Part shown: positions 36,714-46,604 of the stretch, in pieces | Numbering within the stretch: position 1 is the first letter of the stretch | How the letters are laid out: every line of letters begins with the position of its first letter | Assembly: GCA_045651985.1 (NCBI GenBank) | Contig: JAZRTK010000026.1 | Location: 36,634-100,633, forward strand | Length of the DNA stretch: 64,000 bases | Reading direction: 5' to 3' | Source: Eubacteriales bacterium | GTDB taxonomy: Bacteria; Bacillota; Clostridia; Oscillospirales; CAG-272 | Notes under the pieces: model-generated | The model's input: only the letters and a program-made list of their open reading frames with translations | Databases searched by the model: none | What the model was told of the DNA's origin: nothing | Made by a program: the position numbers and the translations under genes

Positions 36714-38126
36714 TCATCCTATCTCTTTTTCTATTTCCGAAAGAATGAAAGAAAGCTGGTTATCGGTGGTAAGGCGCTTCTGAACTATTTCAATGGAAGA
36801 CATAATTGTAGTATGATCGCGGTTAAATATCTTTCCGATGTTGGGAAGCGACATTTCGGTGATATTTCTGACAAGATAAACAGCTATGTGCCTTGCGTTT
36901 ACTATCTCCTTGTTTCTCCTCTGTCCCACGATCTCCTCGCGCTTTACGCCGAATTTGTTGTAGACCGCGGCGAATATCTTATCAATAGTTACGCTTATAG
37001 GCTCTGAGTTGCCCAAAATATCCGACAGGAGGGATTTTACCGTTTCAAGGTTGATCTTCACCTGTGAAAGGAAAGACATGGCACAGAGCTTGTTTATAGC
37101 GCCTTCTATCTGACGTATGTTGGAACGGAGATTTTCAGCAAGGAAGGTGAGAACGTCGTCCGTCAGCTCGAGCTTGCCTTGCTCGGCTTTCTTTTTTATG
37201 ATTGCTATTCTCAGCTCCAGATCGGGGGGCTGAATGTCGGCAAGAAGACCCATCTCAAATCTGCTCTTCAATCTCTGTTCAAGAGAGTTTATTTCCTTTG
37301 GAGGACGGTCGGACGTAAGAATAATCTGCTTTGAGTTGTTGTAAAGTGCGTCAAAGGTGTGGAAAAATTCCTCTTGAGACGAGACCTTTCCCGCAATAAA
37401 TTGAATATCGTCGATCATTAAAAGATCGCATCGGCGGTATTCGTCGCGGAACTCCTTCATAGCCTGCCTTGCAAGACTGTCTATCATCTGGTTGGTAAAA
37501 TCCTCGCCCTTTATGTAAATTATCTTCGCGTCGGGATTTTCCTCTTTTATTTTGCTTGTGATAGCATACATCAAGTGGGTCTTTCCGATACCGCTGGGAC
37601 CGTAGATGAAAAGCGGGTTGTACTGGGACGCGGTTGCGCCGTTTTCCGCTCTCGCGGCAGTTTCCGCTACCGCCCAGCAGCATGCTCGGGCAAAGGTATT
37701 TGACGTTCCTTCAATGAAATTTTCGAACGTGTATTCAAAATTCACAACAGGCAAGGTTGAGCCGTAGGTTTTTTCACGGGCGTCGGGTCTCACCTGATGA
37801 GACGGAGCTTCGGCGTTTTCCGTTTCTTCCTTTTGAGGAGCTGCAGGCGCGCTTTCGGCTTTAGGCTTGTATATTACGTTTACTTTAAGTGAGAAGCCAA
37901 GGACTCTTTCAAAGGCTTTTTCCATCATTTGAACGTACTTTTTTGCAATTATTTCATACTTTCCTATCTGAGGAGAAGCAAGGGTTATCTCGTCGCCGGT
38001 AAATTTGGTTATTTCCATATCGCCAAACCAAAGGTCGCAGGTAGAGGGCGGCATGGTGTCGTTATCTATCATGGATTGCTTTACGTTTTCCCAAATTTCC
38101 TTTATCTCGTTAAGTGAAAAGTCCAT
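36714..38126 (-). CDS. dnaA: chromosomal replication initiator DnaA
   Basis: GPSGIGKTHL Walker A, LMIDDIQF, and the C-terminal DNA-binding HTH (..IGKIFNRDHTTIMSSI). Confidence 0.97.
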   Translation of the reverse strand: MDFSLNEIKEIWENVKQSMIDNDTMPPSTCDLWFGDMEITKFTGDEITLASPQIGKYEIIAKKYVQMMEKAFERVLGFSLKVNVIYKPKAESAPAAPQKEETENAEAPSHQVRPDAREKTYGSTLPVVNFEYTFENFIEGTSNTFARACCWAVAETAARAENGATASQYNPLFIYGPSGIGKTHLMYAITSKIKEENPDAKIIYIKGEDFTNQMIDSLARQAMKEFRDEYRRCDLLMIDDIQFIAGKVSSQEEFFHTFDALYNNSKQIILTSDRPPKEINSLEQRLKSRFEMGLLADIQPPDLELRIAIIKKKAEQGKLELTDDVLTFLAENLRSNIRQIEGAINKLCAMSFLSQVKINLETVKSLLSDILGNSEPISVTIDKIFAAVYNKFGVKREEIVGQRRNKEIVNARHIAVYLVRNITEMSLPNIGKIFNRDHTTIMSSIEIVQKRLTTDNQLSFILSEIEKEIG

Positions 38127-38170
38127 TTTAACCTCCTACTATATTTAAGCCCAAAGGGCAAAATCTTCCG

Positions 38171-38307
38171 ATATATATAATATTATAACATATATAATTA
38201 TATATTGCAAGGGCTTTTTCGATTTTTTCCACATTATACAGTCTATTTTTGTGGAAAAGTTATATTATATAAAAATCAGCGGTTGACAGTTTAGATTTTG
38301 TGGTTTA
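38171..38307. promoter_or_regulatory. oriC part 2: AT-rich unwinding candidate plus DnaA boxes upstream of dnaA
   Basis: A pure A/T run at 38171-38210. Boxes are TTTTCCACA (38225-38233), TGTGGAAAA (38250-38258) and the weaker TGTGGTTTA (38299-38307). Confidence 0.65.
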
Positions 38308-38311
38308 TAAT
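38283..38311 (+). promoter_or_regulatory. consensus promoter for the rightward copZ-like/rarA unit
   Basis: TTGACA (38283-38288), 17-nt spacer, TATAAT (38306-38311). Confidence 0.6.
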
Positions 38312-38349
38312 GATAACTGTAGAAAAATAATCTTTTAGGAGATTTTTAT

Positions 38350-38574
38350 ATGCTTGGATTGGGAAAAAAGAAAAAGATCGAAATATATATCGAGGGAATG
38401 TCCTGTAAACACTGCTCGGAAAGAGTTGAGAGACTGCTCAATTCCATACCCGGCGTCAAGGCTAAAGTTGACCTTGAAAGTGCAAAGGCTGTAATCGAAG
38501 CGCCTGCAAAGGTAAGCGCGGAAAAACTTAAAAAGGTCATTTTGGAATCGGGATTCAAGGCGGTAGATAAATGA
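38350..38574 (+). CDS. heavy-metal-associated (HMA) domain protein, CopZ-like
   Basis: GMSCKHC metal-binding motif in a 74-aa ferredoxin-like protein. Confidence 0.8.
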   Translation: MLGLGKKKKIEIYIEGMSCKHCSERVERLLNSIPGVKAKVDLESAKAVIEAPAKVSAEKLKKVILESGFKAVDK

Positions 38575-39803
38575 GAAACAGGCAGCTTGCCGACGTTTTG
38601 CGTCCTACGACTATCGACGAGATAGTAGGTCAGGAGCATCTTTTCGGACCGAGAGGAACAGTGCGCCGTCTCCTTGAGCGCGGTAAGATAAACAACATGA
38701 TATTTTTCGGACCTCCCGGTACGGGAAAAACGACCGCGGCGGGTATTATCGCGTCTCAGTCGGGTATGGTCTTTCACCGTCTCAACGCCACGACCGCGTC
38801 CCTTTCCGACGTAAAGGAAATAGCAAATCAGACAAACAACGTCTTTGGCTCGGGCGGGATACTGCTCTACCTTGATGAGATACAGTATTTTAACCGTAAG
38901 CAGCAGCAGTCGCTTCTTGAATACATAGAAGACGGTCGAATCACCCTTATTGCGTCAACTACCGAAAACCCTCATTTTTACGTTTACGACGCCTTGATAT
39001 CGAGATCCTCACTCTTTGAGTTCAGACCCGTATCGCCGCAGGCATGTGTTTTAGTGCTTCGCCGCGCTCTGAACTTTTTAAACAAAGAGGAAGCAAAGAC
39101 CGTGACAGCCGCGGACGAGGTTCTTTTAAGAGTATCGAAAATAGCAAAGGGAGACGTCCGAAGAGCTATCGGATTGCTTGAGAGCGCGTATTTTACGTGC
39201 GAAGGTCAGATAAATGAGGATGTTGTAAAAGAGCTGGACTTCGGATATGGAGAATATAGCGACGACGATCATTTTGATCTGCTGTCATGCCTGCAAAAAT
39301 CCATTCGCGGCTCCGACCCCGATGCCACCGCTTTCTACGTTGCAAAGCTTTGTGAGGCAGGGGAGCTTATTTCCCTTTGCCGCCGTCTTCAGGTCATAGC
39401 CTCCGAGGATATAGGACTTGCCTATCCTCAGGCGGCGGTAGTAACACGAGCATGCTGTGAATCCGCAAAAGAATTGGGTCTTCCCGAGGCGCGGATCCCG
39501 CTTGTAAACGCGGCGATCCTGCTTGCCACAGCACCAAAATCCAACTCCGCATACACGGCTTTGGCGGTAGCCTCCGAGGATATACACGCAGGTAAAGGAC
39601 AGGATATTCCAGTCCACCTTAAAAGCCCGCTTTATAAGGGCTATAAGTACCCTCACGAATATCCTAACCACTACGTAAAACAGCAATATCTGCCTTCCGA
39701 TATAAAGGATAATATCTACTACATCTACGGTGAGAATAAGACCGAGCAGGCAGCTCACGCTTATGCTGAAGCTATCGGAAGCGCAAAATATAAGAAGAAA
39801 TAA
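38571..39803 (+). CDS. rarA: replication-associated recombination protein A (AAA+ ATPase)
   Basis: FFGPPGTGKTT, LYLDEIQYFNRKQQ and the MgsA C-terminal domain pattern. The start overlaps the upstream stop. Confidence 0.9.
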   Translation: MRNRQLADVLRPTTIDEIVGQEHLFGPRGTVRRLLERGKINNMIFFGPPGTGKTTAAGIIASQSGMVFHRLNATTASLSDVKEIANQTNNVFGSGGILLYLDEIQYFNRKQQQSLLEYIEDGRITLIASTTENPHFYVYDALISRSSLFEFRPVSPQACVLVLRRALNFLNKEEAKTVTAADEVLLRVSKIAKGDVRRAIGLLESAYFTCEGQINEDVVKELDFGYGEYSDDDHFDLLSCLQKSIRGSDPDATAFYVAKLCEAGELISLCRRLQVIASEDIGLAYPQAAVVTRACCESAKELGLPEARIPLVNAAILLATAPKSNSAYTALAVASEDIHAGKGQDIPVHLKSPLYKGYKYPHEYPNHYVKQQYLPSDIKDNIYYIYGENKTEQAAHAYAEAIGSAKYKKK

Positions 39804-39858
39804 GGGAGCGATCAGGACTTTTTAAAAAAGGCTTGGTCACCGATCAAAAGGTCACAGA

Positions 39859-41739
39859 ATGAATATAGAACTTTCCACCCGTGTCGCCGTTATCGGCGCG
39901 GGCCACGCGGGGATCGAAGCCGCGCTGGCAAGTGCCAGAATGGGACTTGACACGGTGCTCTTTACCATGAATTTAGACTCGGTTGGCAACATGCCCTGCA
40001 ACCCCTCGATAGGAGGAACGGGAAAAGGCCATCTGGTCTATGAAATAGACGCGCTGGGCGGCGAAATGGGACGTGCGGCGGATAAAGTCACGCTCCAGAG
40101 CCGAACTCTGAATCTCGGTAAGGGTGCGGCTGTCCACTCAAAAAGAATACAGGCAGACAGATACAAATACCGCGCCGTCATGAAAAAGACCCTTGAAGAA
40201 CAAGAAAACCTCCGTCTGGTTCAAGCTGAAATAGTGTCGATACAAACCGAAGAGTTTGAAGGGAAAAAGTGCGTAAGATCAGTTACTACAAGACTTGGCG
40301 AGGTCTGGGAGGCACAAGCGGTCATCATCTGCTCGGGAACGTACCTTGACGGTGCTGTTTTTGTCGGAAACACCTGCCACACGTCGGGTCCCGACTCGAT
40401 GCTGGCGGCGATCGGTCTATCGGATTCGCTCCGCCAAATGGGGATCAAGCTCATGAGATTTAAAACGGGCACTCCCGCAAGAGTAAAAAGATCGACCATA
40501 GACCTCACAAAACTTGAAATACAGACGGGTGAGGAAAAGGCGACCCCCTTTTCGTCTGACACGCCCGAGGACTCGTTTGACGATCTTTCCCAGATACCCT
40601 GCCATATCGTTTATACAAATGAAAATACTCATAATATTATAAAAGAAAATATCTCACAAAGTGCAATGTATTCGGGACTCATTCACGGAACGGGACCCAG
40701 ATATTGCCCGTCGATCGAAGACAAGATCAAACGCTTTGCGGATAAAGAAAGACACCAGCTTTTCGTTGAGCCCGTAGGCGAGGATACCGAGGAAATGTAT
40801 ATCCAAGGATTTTCAACTTCTCTCCCCGCACACGTTCAGCACAAAATGCTTCGCTCCCTTTCGGGATTTGAAAAAGCCCAGATAATGCGCTATGCTTACG
40901 CCATAGAATACGACTGCTGCGACCCGCTTCAGCTTCTTGCGACCCTTGAATTTAAAGGGGTCAGCGGACTTTACGGGGCAGGGCAGTTTAACGGCACGTC
41001 GGGATATGAGGAGGCAGCCGCCCAAGGACTTGTGGCAGGTATCAACGCCGCCCTGAAGCTGAGAGGAGAGCCGCCTATGATACTTGAAAGAAGCGGGTCT
41101 TATATAGGTACGCTCATCGACGATCTGGTGACGAAAGGTACCAACGAGCCATACCGAATGATGACCTCGCGAAGCGAGTACAGACTGCTTTTGCGACAGG
41201 ATAACGCCGATATTCGATTGACCACAAAAGGACATGAAATAGGACTTGTTTCCGATGAAAAATACAACGCTTTTTTAAGGAAAAAAGAGCATATTGAAAC
41301 CGAAGTAAAACGGCTCGAGGAGACCTTTGTTTCTCCAAATAAAGTAAACCCATTTTTAGAGGAGATCGGTGAGCCCGCCATAAATCGCGGAATTTCTCTC
41401 TCTGAGCTTTTAAGAAGACCCTCGGTCACATACGAGTCCCTGTTATCTCTTGACCCGAACCGCCCCGCGCTGACCCGCGCGGAAAAAACGAGTGTTGAGG
41501 TCACGGTGAAATACGAGGGTTATATCAAGCGCCAGATAGCGCAGGTAAACCGCCAATCGGCGCTTGAAAGTAAAGTGCTTCCCGCCGACATCGACTACAA
41601 ATCGGTAAAAGGGCTTCGAATCGAGGCGGCTCAAAAACTTGACGCTATCCGACCCATGACCGTAGGTCAGGCGTCCCGTATCAGCGGTGTCAGCCCGGCG
41701 GATATTTCTGTGCTTCTCATCTATTTGGGAATACGTTGA
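39859..41739 (+). CDS. mnmG: tRNA uridine 5-carboxymethylaminomethyl modification enzyme MnmG (GidA)
   Basis: VIGAGHAGIEAA FAD motif, GPRYCPSIEDK and the C-terminal GidA-associated domain. Confidence 0.95.
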   Translation: MNIELSTRVAVIGAGHAGIEAALASARMGLDTVLFTMNLDSVGNMPCNPSIGGTGKGHLVYEIDALGGEMGRAADKVTLQSRTLNLGKGAAVHSKRIQADRYKYRAVMKKTLEEQENLRLVQAEIVSIQTEEFEGKKCVRSVTTRLGEVWEAQAVIICSGTYLDGAVFVGNTCHTSGPDSMLAAIGLSDSLRQMGIKLMRFKTGTPARVKRSTIDLTKLEIQTGEEKATPFSSDTPEDSFDDLSQIPCHIVYTNENTHNIIKENISQSAMYSGLIHGTGPRYCPSIEDKIKRFADKERHQLFVEPVGEDTEEMYIQGFSTSLPAHVQHKMLRSLSGFEKAQIMRYAYAIEYDCCDPLQLLATLEFKGVSGLYGAGQFNGTSGYEEAAAQGLVAGINAALKLRGEPPMILERSGSYIGTLIDDLVTKGTNEPYRMMTSRSEYRLLLRQDNADIRLTTKGHEIGLVSDEKYNAFLRKKEHIETEVKRLEETFVSPNKVNPFLEEIGEPAINRGISLSELLRRPSVTYESLLSLDPNRPALTRAEKTSVEVTVKYEGYIKRQIAQVNRQSALESKVLPADIDYKSVKGLRIEAAQKLDAIRPMTVGQASRISGVSPADISVLLIYLGIR

Positions 41740-41856
41740 CAGGTTGAGATCATCCCTAAAAAACAGTCAAATAAAATTATTCGAATCAGATCTCTGACCG
41801 AAAATAATCATTTTATTTAAAAGAAAATTGTAACAAAATCGACGGTATATAATAAT

Positions 41857-42606
41857 ATGATAGAAAAATCAAAATTTTTCTCGGTTTCAGAGGAAATCTT
41901 CTCCGAAAACGGGCTTTTTGAGTTTGCGAAAGCCGAAATTTTCGAAAAGTTCTACCTTTTGACCGAGATCATGCTGAAAGTCAATGAGGAGATGAATCTG
42001 ACTGCCATAACCGACCCCGAATCGGTGATTTTGAAGCACTATGCCGACTGTCTTCTCATCGCAAAGGAGACCGATGAGTATCTGTCTAAGGGCGCAAAGG
42101 TAGTGGACGTTGGGTGCGGAGCGGGATTCCCGTGCATTCCTCTGGCAGTTGCCCGACCCGACCTTGAAATTCTCGGAATAGACAGCACTGCAAAGCGCAT
42201 ACGATACGTAAACGAAACGTCGCAGGCGTTAGGTCTTGCAAATCTTCGGGCGGAATCCATGCGCGCCGAGGACGGCGCAAAGAAAGGAAACTCCTTGCGC
42301 GAATCCTTCGACGTTGCAACCGCCCGTGCGGTTGCAGCTCTGCCCGTTCTCTCCGAGCTTTGCTTGCCTTACGTTAAGGTCGGGGGAAAATTTGTTGCTA
42401 TGAAGGCAAAAGCCGCCTCCGAGGAGCTTGAAAGCTCCAAAAACGCCATAAAAACTCTGGGCGGACGGTTATTGTCCGTGGACCTGCTCCCCCTGCGTCG
42501 TGCAGGCTTGGAGGAAAACAGAACTATTATATTGGTAGAAAAAAGGCTCCCCACCCCCGAAACATACCCGCGCCATTACAGTCGGATATCAAAAAAGCCG
42601 TTATAA
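41857..42606 (+). CDS. rsmG: 16S rRNA (guanine527-N7)-methyltransferase RsmG (GidB)
   Basis: The SAM motif VVDVGCGAGFPCIPLA and its position after mnmG. Confidence 0.9.
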   Translation: MIEKSKFFSVSEEIFSENGLFEFAKAEIFEKFYLLTEIMLKVNEEMNLTAITDPESVILKHYADCLLIAKETDEYLSKGAKVVDVGCGAGFPCIPLAVARPDLEILGIDSTAKRIRYVNETSQALGLANLRAESMRAEDGAKKGNSLRESFDVATARAVAALPVLSELCLPYVKVGGKFVAMKAKAASEELESSKNAIKTLGGRLLSVDLLPLRRAGLEENRTIILVEKRLPTPETYPRHYSRISKKPL

Positions 42607-42617
42607 CGAACCCCCAA

Positions 42618-42633
42618 TGTTTCACGTGAAACA
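42618..42633. promoter_or_regulatory. parS site 1 (perfect TGTTTCACGTGAAACA)
   Basis: Exact match to the Firmicute parS consensus. It is embedded in a 30-bp perfect palindrome (42611-42640) that may also terminate rsmG. Confidence 0.85.
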
Positions 42634-42652
42634 TTGGGGGTATTTTGGAAGA

Positions 42653-42668
42653 TGTTTCACGTGAAACA
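42653..42668. promoter_or_regulatory. parS site 2 (perfect TGTTTCACGTGAAACA)
   Basis: A second exact copy 35 nt after the first, upstream of parA-parB. Confidence 0.85.
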
Positions 42669-42802
42669 TAAATAAAAATTAATGAAAAAGCCTTAAAAAA
42701 TAAGAAAAAACGGTTGAAAAAGTCCGCAAGTTGTGATATTATATAGTATAGGGTAAAAATTGCCCTCAAAGGGCACTTTAAAAGACAAAAACGGAGTTAC
42801 AA

Positions 42803-43564
42803 ATGGGAAAAATCATAACGTTTGCAAATCAAAAAGGCGGTGTCGGCAAGACTACCTCGGCGGTAAACGTAGCCGCGTCCCTGGGAATACTGGGAAAAAA
42901 GGTGCTGATCGTTGACATGGACCCTCAGGGAAACGCCACCAGCGGTGTGGGCGTGGCGAAAAAAAGCCTTAAACATACCACGTCCGAGGTGCTTCTTGAC
43001 GGAGTTCCCGCAAAGGACGCAATAATCACCACCAAGTTCAAAAATCTTGACATTATCCCCACAAATATAGGTCTTGCGGGCAGTGAGCTTGATCTTTTTC
43101 AGGTCGAACACGGGGAAGAGCAGATGAAGCGTGCGTTGGAGCCTGTTCGCGATGACTACGATTACCTCATCGTTGACTGCCCTCCGTCATTGGGAATGCT
43201 CACACTCAACGCGTTGGTGGCGTCGGACGGCGTGATAATTCCCATGCAGTGTGAATTTTACGCTCTGGAAGGACTTTCCCAGCTCGTTATTACAATAGGC
43301 AAGATTAAGCAGAAGTACAACCCGTCGCTTACCGTCACGGGAATACTTGTGACCATGTATAACGGACGTCTGCTGCTTTCGATGCAGGTCATCGCCGAGT
43401 TGAAAAAGCACTACTCGGAAAAGCTGTTCAAGACCGCAATTTCAAGAAACGTAAGACTTTCCGAGGCTCCCGGATTTGGAACACCGGTGTATTATCACGA
43501 CAAAAACTCAAAGGGCACTATCGAATATCTTGAAGTTGCCAAGGAGCTTGCAACACGCATATAA
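42803..43564 (+). CDS. parA: chromosome partitioning ATPase ParA/Soj
   Basis: Deviant Walker A, NQKGGVGKTT. Confidence 0.92.
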   Translation: MGKIITFANQKGGVGKTTSAVNVAASLGILGKKVLIVDMDPQGNATSGVGVAKKSLKHTTSEVLLDGVPAKDAIITTKFKNLDIIPTNIGLAGSELDLFQVEHGEEQMKRALEPVRDDYDYLIVDCPPSLGMLTLNALVASDGVIIPMQCEFYALEGLSQLVITIGKIKQKYNPSLTVTGILVTMYNGRLLLSMQVIAELKKHYSEKLFKTAISRNVRLSEAPGFGTPVYYHDKNSKGTIEYLEVAKELATRI

Positions 43565-43630
43565 AAAAGAAGATCGCCCTCAAAAAGCTCTGAAAGGAGC
43601 ATACGGAGCGGCGGAAAGGACATAAATAAA

Positions 43631-44542
43631 ATGGCAAGAAAAAACACAGGTCTGGGAAGAGATTTTTTTTCGACGCTTGACGATAACATTCTTGAAGCCA
43701 AGCGCGGCTCGGTGACGACCCTGCGTCTGTCCGAGATAGAGCCGAGAAAGAGCCAGCCCCGAAAGACCTTTGACGAGGAAAACCTCGCGGGGCTGTCAGC
43801 CTCTATCGCGCAGCATGGGGTGCTGCAGCCGATAATCGTAAGAGAAAACCCCCTGAGTGCGGGAAATTACGAGATAATAGCGGGAGAACGCCGTTGGAGA
43901 GCATCAAAAATGGCGGGACTTGCCGAGATCCCCGTAATAATCCTTGACGGCGACGACCAGAAGGCGGCGCAGATAGCTCTTATCGAAAACGTACAAAGAC
44001 AGGACTTGAATCCTCTTGAGGAGGCGCTGGGCTACCGCGATCTTATTGAGAGATTCGGTCTTACACAGGAGCAGGTTGCCGAGCAGGTCGGAAAATCCCG
44101 ACCCACCATCACCAACATGATGCGTCTGCTTGACCTGCCCGACGACGTGCTTGAAATGCTCCGCGACGGCAGAGTCACAACGGGTCACGCCAGAGCTATC
44201 CACTCGCTGAAAGACCCCGAGGACGTGACTGTCCTTGCCACAAGGACTTATATGAGAGGACTTTCGGTGCGAGAAGTGGAGGCGGCGGTAAAGCGCCTCA
44301 ACGCCGAGTACGAGCGCAAGCTCACGGGTGCCCAAGAGGTTATAGCCGAGACGGCGGCGCAAAAACAGGCAAGAATTTACCTTTCCGAGCTTGAAAAGCG
44401 CGCGATGGAGGAGCTGGGCCGCCGTGTGAAAATTCGGAACGAGGGTCGCAAAAAGACCGTTGAGATCTCTTACAGCGACAACGACGACTTAGAAGAACTT
44501 CTTAAAAAGATATGCGGAAACGCAATATTTGACCAAGAATAA
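43631..44542 (+). CDS. parB: chromosome partitioning protein ParB/Spo0J
   Basis: ParB box [19 protein letters not shown], and the [22 protein letters not shown]. Confidence 0.92.
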   Translation: MARKNTGLGRDFFSTLDDNILEAKRGSVTTLRLSEIEPRKSQPRKTFDEENLAGLSASIAQHGVLQPIIVRENPLSAGNYEIIAGERRWRASKMAGLAEIPVIILDGDDQKAAQIALIENVQRQDLNPLEEALGYRDLIERFGLTQEQVAEQVGKSRPTITNMMRLLDLPDDVLEMLRDGRVTTGHARAIHSLKDPEDVTVLATRTYMRGLSVREVEAAVKRLNAEYERKLTGAQEVIAETAAQKQARIYLSELEKRAMEELGRRVKIRNEGRKKTVEISYSDNDDLEELLKKICGNAIFDQE

Positions 44543-44582
44543 AAAGCTTTATAGCAATATTTATCAAGGAAGGACAAGAGAA

Positions 44583-45863
44583 ATGCTTGACATCAAATTT
44601 ATTAAAGAGAACGTAGAATACACAAAAGAAAGACTGAAGACCAGAAACGCAAACTACGACGACAAAATAGACGAGCTTATCGCCCTTGACGCCGAGAGAC
44701 GCGCGCTTATCGCGGACACTGAGGCAAAAAAAGCGGAGCAGAACAAAATAAACAAGACCATTCCCGCCCTGAAGAAGGAGGGCAAGGACGTAACTCCTAT
44801 TTTTGCGGAAATGAAGGCACTTTCCGACACGGTAAAGGCTGACAACGAAAGAATATCCGTGATCGACGAGACGATGACAAACACATTGCTCTCTATCCCC
44901 AACCTGCCAAACGCCTCCGTGCAGACAGGCGCAGATGATTCCGATAACGTTGAGATCCGCCGCTGGGGCGAGCCTCGCAGCTTTGACTTTGAGCCCAAGG
45001 CACACTGGGATCTCGGCAAAGATCTTGGGATCCTCGACCCCGAGACGGCAGCAAAGGTAACGGGACCCCGCTTCCACTTCTACCGTGGAATGGGCGCAAG
45101 ACTTGAGAGAGCTATCATCTCCTATTTCCTTGACACTCACACCGAAAACGGATATACGGAGATCCTGCCTCCTTACATGGTAAACAGAGCGTCCATGAAG
45201 GGCACGGGTCAGTTGCCCAAGTTTGAGGAGGACGCGTTCAGAGTTGCAAACAACGACTGCTTCCTTATCCCCACCGCGGAGGTTCCCGTGACTAACATTC
45301 ACCGCGACGAGATACTTGAAGCGAACCAGCTTCCTATCAGCTACTGCGCATATTCCGCTTGCTTCCGCGCGGAAGCGGGCTCTGCAGGACGCGACACGAG
45401 AGGACTTATCCGCCAGCACCAGTTCAACAAGGTCGAGCTTGTAAAGTTCACGACCCCCGAGACTTCCTACGACGAGCTTGAAAAGCTTACAAGGGACGCG
45501 GAAAGAGTTTTGCAGGGTCTGGGACTTCCTTACCGCGTAGTCTGCCTGTCCACAGGCGATCTGGGCTTCTCGTCTGCAAAGACCTACGATATCGAGGTGT
45601 ATATGCCTTCTTACGGCAGATACGTTGAGATCAGCTCCTGCTCCGACTTTGAGGACTATCAGGCGCGCCGCGCGAACATCAAGTACCGTCCCGCGCCGGG
45701 CGAGAAGGCAAAACTCGTTCACACCCTCAACGGCTCGGGCGTAGCGGTCGGACGTACCGTTGCGGCTATCATGGAGAACTACCAGAACGCCGACGGCTCC
45801 GTGACCGTTCCCGAAGCGCTCCGCCGTTACGTTGGCGCCGACGTTATCAGAGGTATTAAGTAA
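44583..45863 (+). CDS. serS: seryl-tRNA synthetase
   Basis: N-terminal coiled coil and class-II motifs ([33 protein letters not shown]). Start moved to ATG 44583 ([10 protein letters not shown]), which has an AAGGAAGGA SD. Confidence 0.95.
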   Translation: MLDIKFIKENVEYTKERLKTRNANYDDKIDELIALDAERRALIADTEAKKAEQNKINKTIPALKKEGKDVTPIFAEMKALSDTVKADNERISVIDETMTNTLLSIPNLPNASVQTGADDSDNVEIRRWGEPRSFDFEPKAHWDLGKDLGILDPETAAKVTGPRFHFYRGMGARLERAIISYFLDTHTENGYTEILPPYMVNRASMKGTGQLPKFEEDAFRVANNDCFLIPTAEVPVTNIHRDEILEANQLPISYCAYSACFRAEAGSAGRDTRGLIRQHQFNKVELVKFTTPETSYDELEKLTRDAERVLQGLGLPYRVVCLSTGDLGFSSAKTYDIEVYMPSYGRYVEISSCSDFEDYQARRANIKYRPAPGEKAKLVHTLNGSGVAVGRTVAAIMENYQNADGSVTVPEALRRYVGADVIRGIK

Positions 45864-45945
45864 CTTTGAACAGGGGTTATGCGGGGGTGCTTTTGGGAAA
45901 GAGCACCTCAGCTCCCGTTAACATATTTAAAGAGGAAACCGAATT

Positions 45946-46566
45946 ATGCTGAACAAAAACCTGCTCACGATCCCCGACCAAGAAGAGAGCAAGATCAAGA
46001 TAATACTTGAAAAGATAAAGGATTTTTTCTTTGAGTCGGAAACCTACGAGCATTTTTCCACCGCTTCCCGTATGACGTCTTTGCGGATCTTCATCACCGC
46101 TCTGCTGCTGGGCGTTTTTGTCTTTGTGGTGTTTTTTGCGGTGAAAAAAAGGGCGGCAAAGCGCTTCGTTGACGCAATAGAACGTGCGGGCGCGTATACG
46201 CGCGAGAGCGCAAAAACCCTCGCCGAGCTTGGAATTTGCGACGATAAAGCAGTTTTGCGCGCGCTTAGAAAAGGTGGGTTGGCTCGTCTTGCGTCGAGTG
46301 CCCAAGGGGACGAGTATAACGAGAAAAATTTTACGGCGGGCGACAAAAAAAGAAAGAAAACAGCGCCCCCGCCCTATAAGGCAGACCCACAAAAAGACAG
46401 TTTTTATTTGACCGAGAGAAAAGCGCTGTCCCTGAAGTCGATCTACGGCGGCAAAATGAGCACCGCAGGCACAATAATTCTGGGCGCTGTCGTGTGCATC
46501 GTCCTCTGGTTTGCCCTTGACAGTCTCGTACCGTTTTTCCTGTCCATGGTGGACGCAAGACTCTGA
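45946..46566 (+). CDS. hypothetical membrane protein
   Basis: Two hydrophobic helices (LRIFITALLLGVFVFVVFFAV; TIILGAVVCIVLWFALD) and a basic linker. Confidence 0.55.
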   Translation: MLNKNLLTIPDQEESKIKIILEKIKDFFFESETYEHFSTASRMTSLRIFITALLLGVFVFVVFFAVKKRAAKRFVDAIERAGAYTRESAKTLAELGICDDKAVLRALRKGGLARLASSAQGDEYNEKNFTAGDKKRKKTAPPPYKADPQKDSFYLTERKALSLKSIYGGKMSTAGTIILGAVVCIVLWFALDSLVPFFLSMVDARL

Positions 46567-46604
46567 TCTCAAACCAACCCACTCCAAAGAAAGGAACTGC
46601 ACAA

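Noticed and set aside
44543-44582. Expected T-box leader upstream of serS
   Set aside because: Only about 40 nt separate parB from the serS start. This is far too short for a T-box, and no specifier or T-box sequence is visible.
44502-45722. 406-aa minus-strand ORF antisense to serS
   Set aside because: It is a shadow ORF in GC-rich coding DNA. Its R/C/V/L-heavy composition is not protein-like. The opposite strand encodes an unmistakable seryl-tRNA synthetase.
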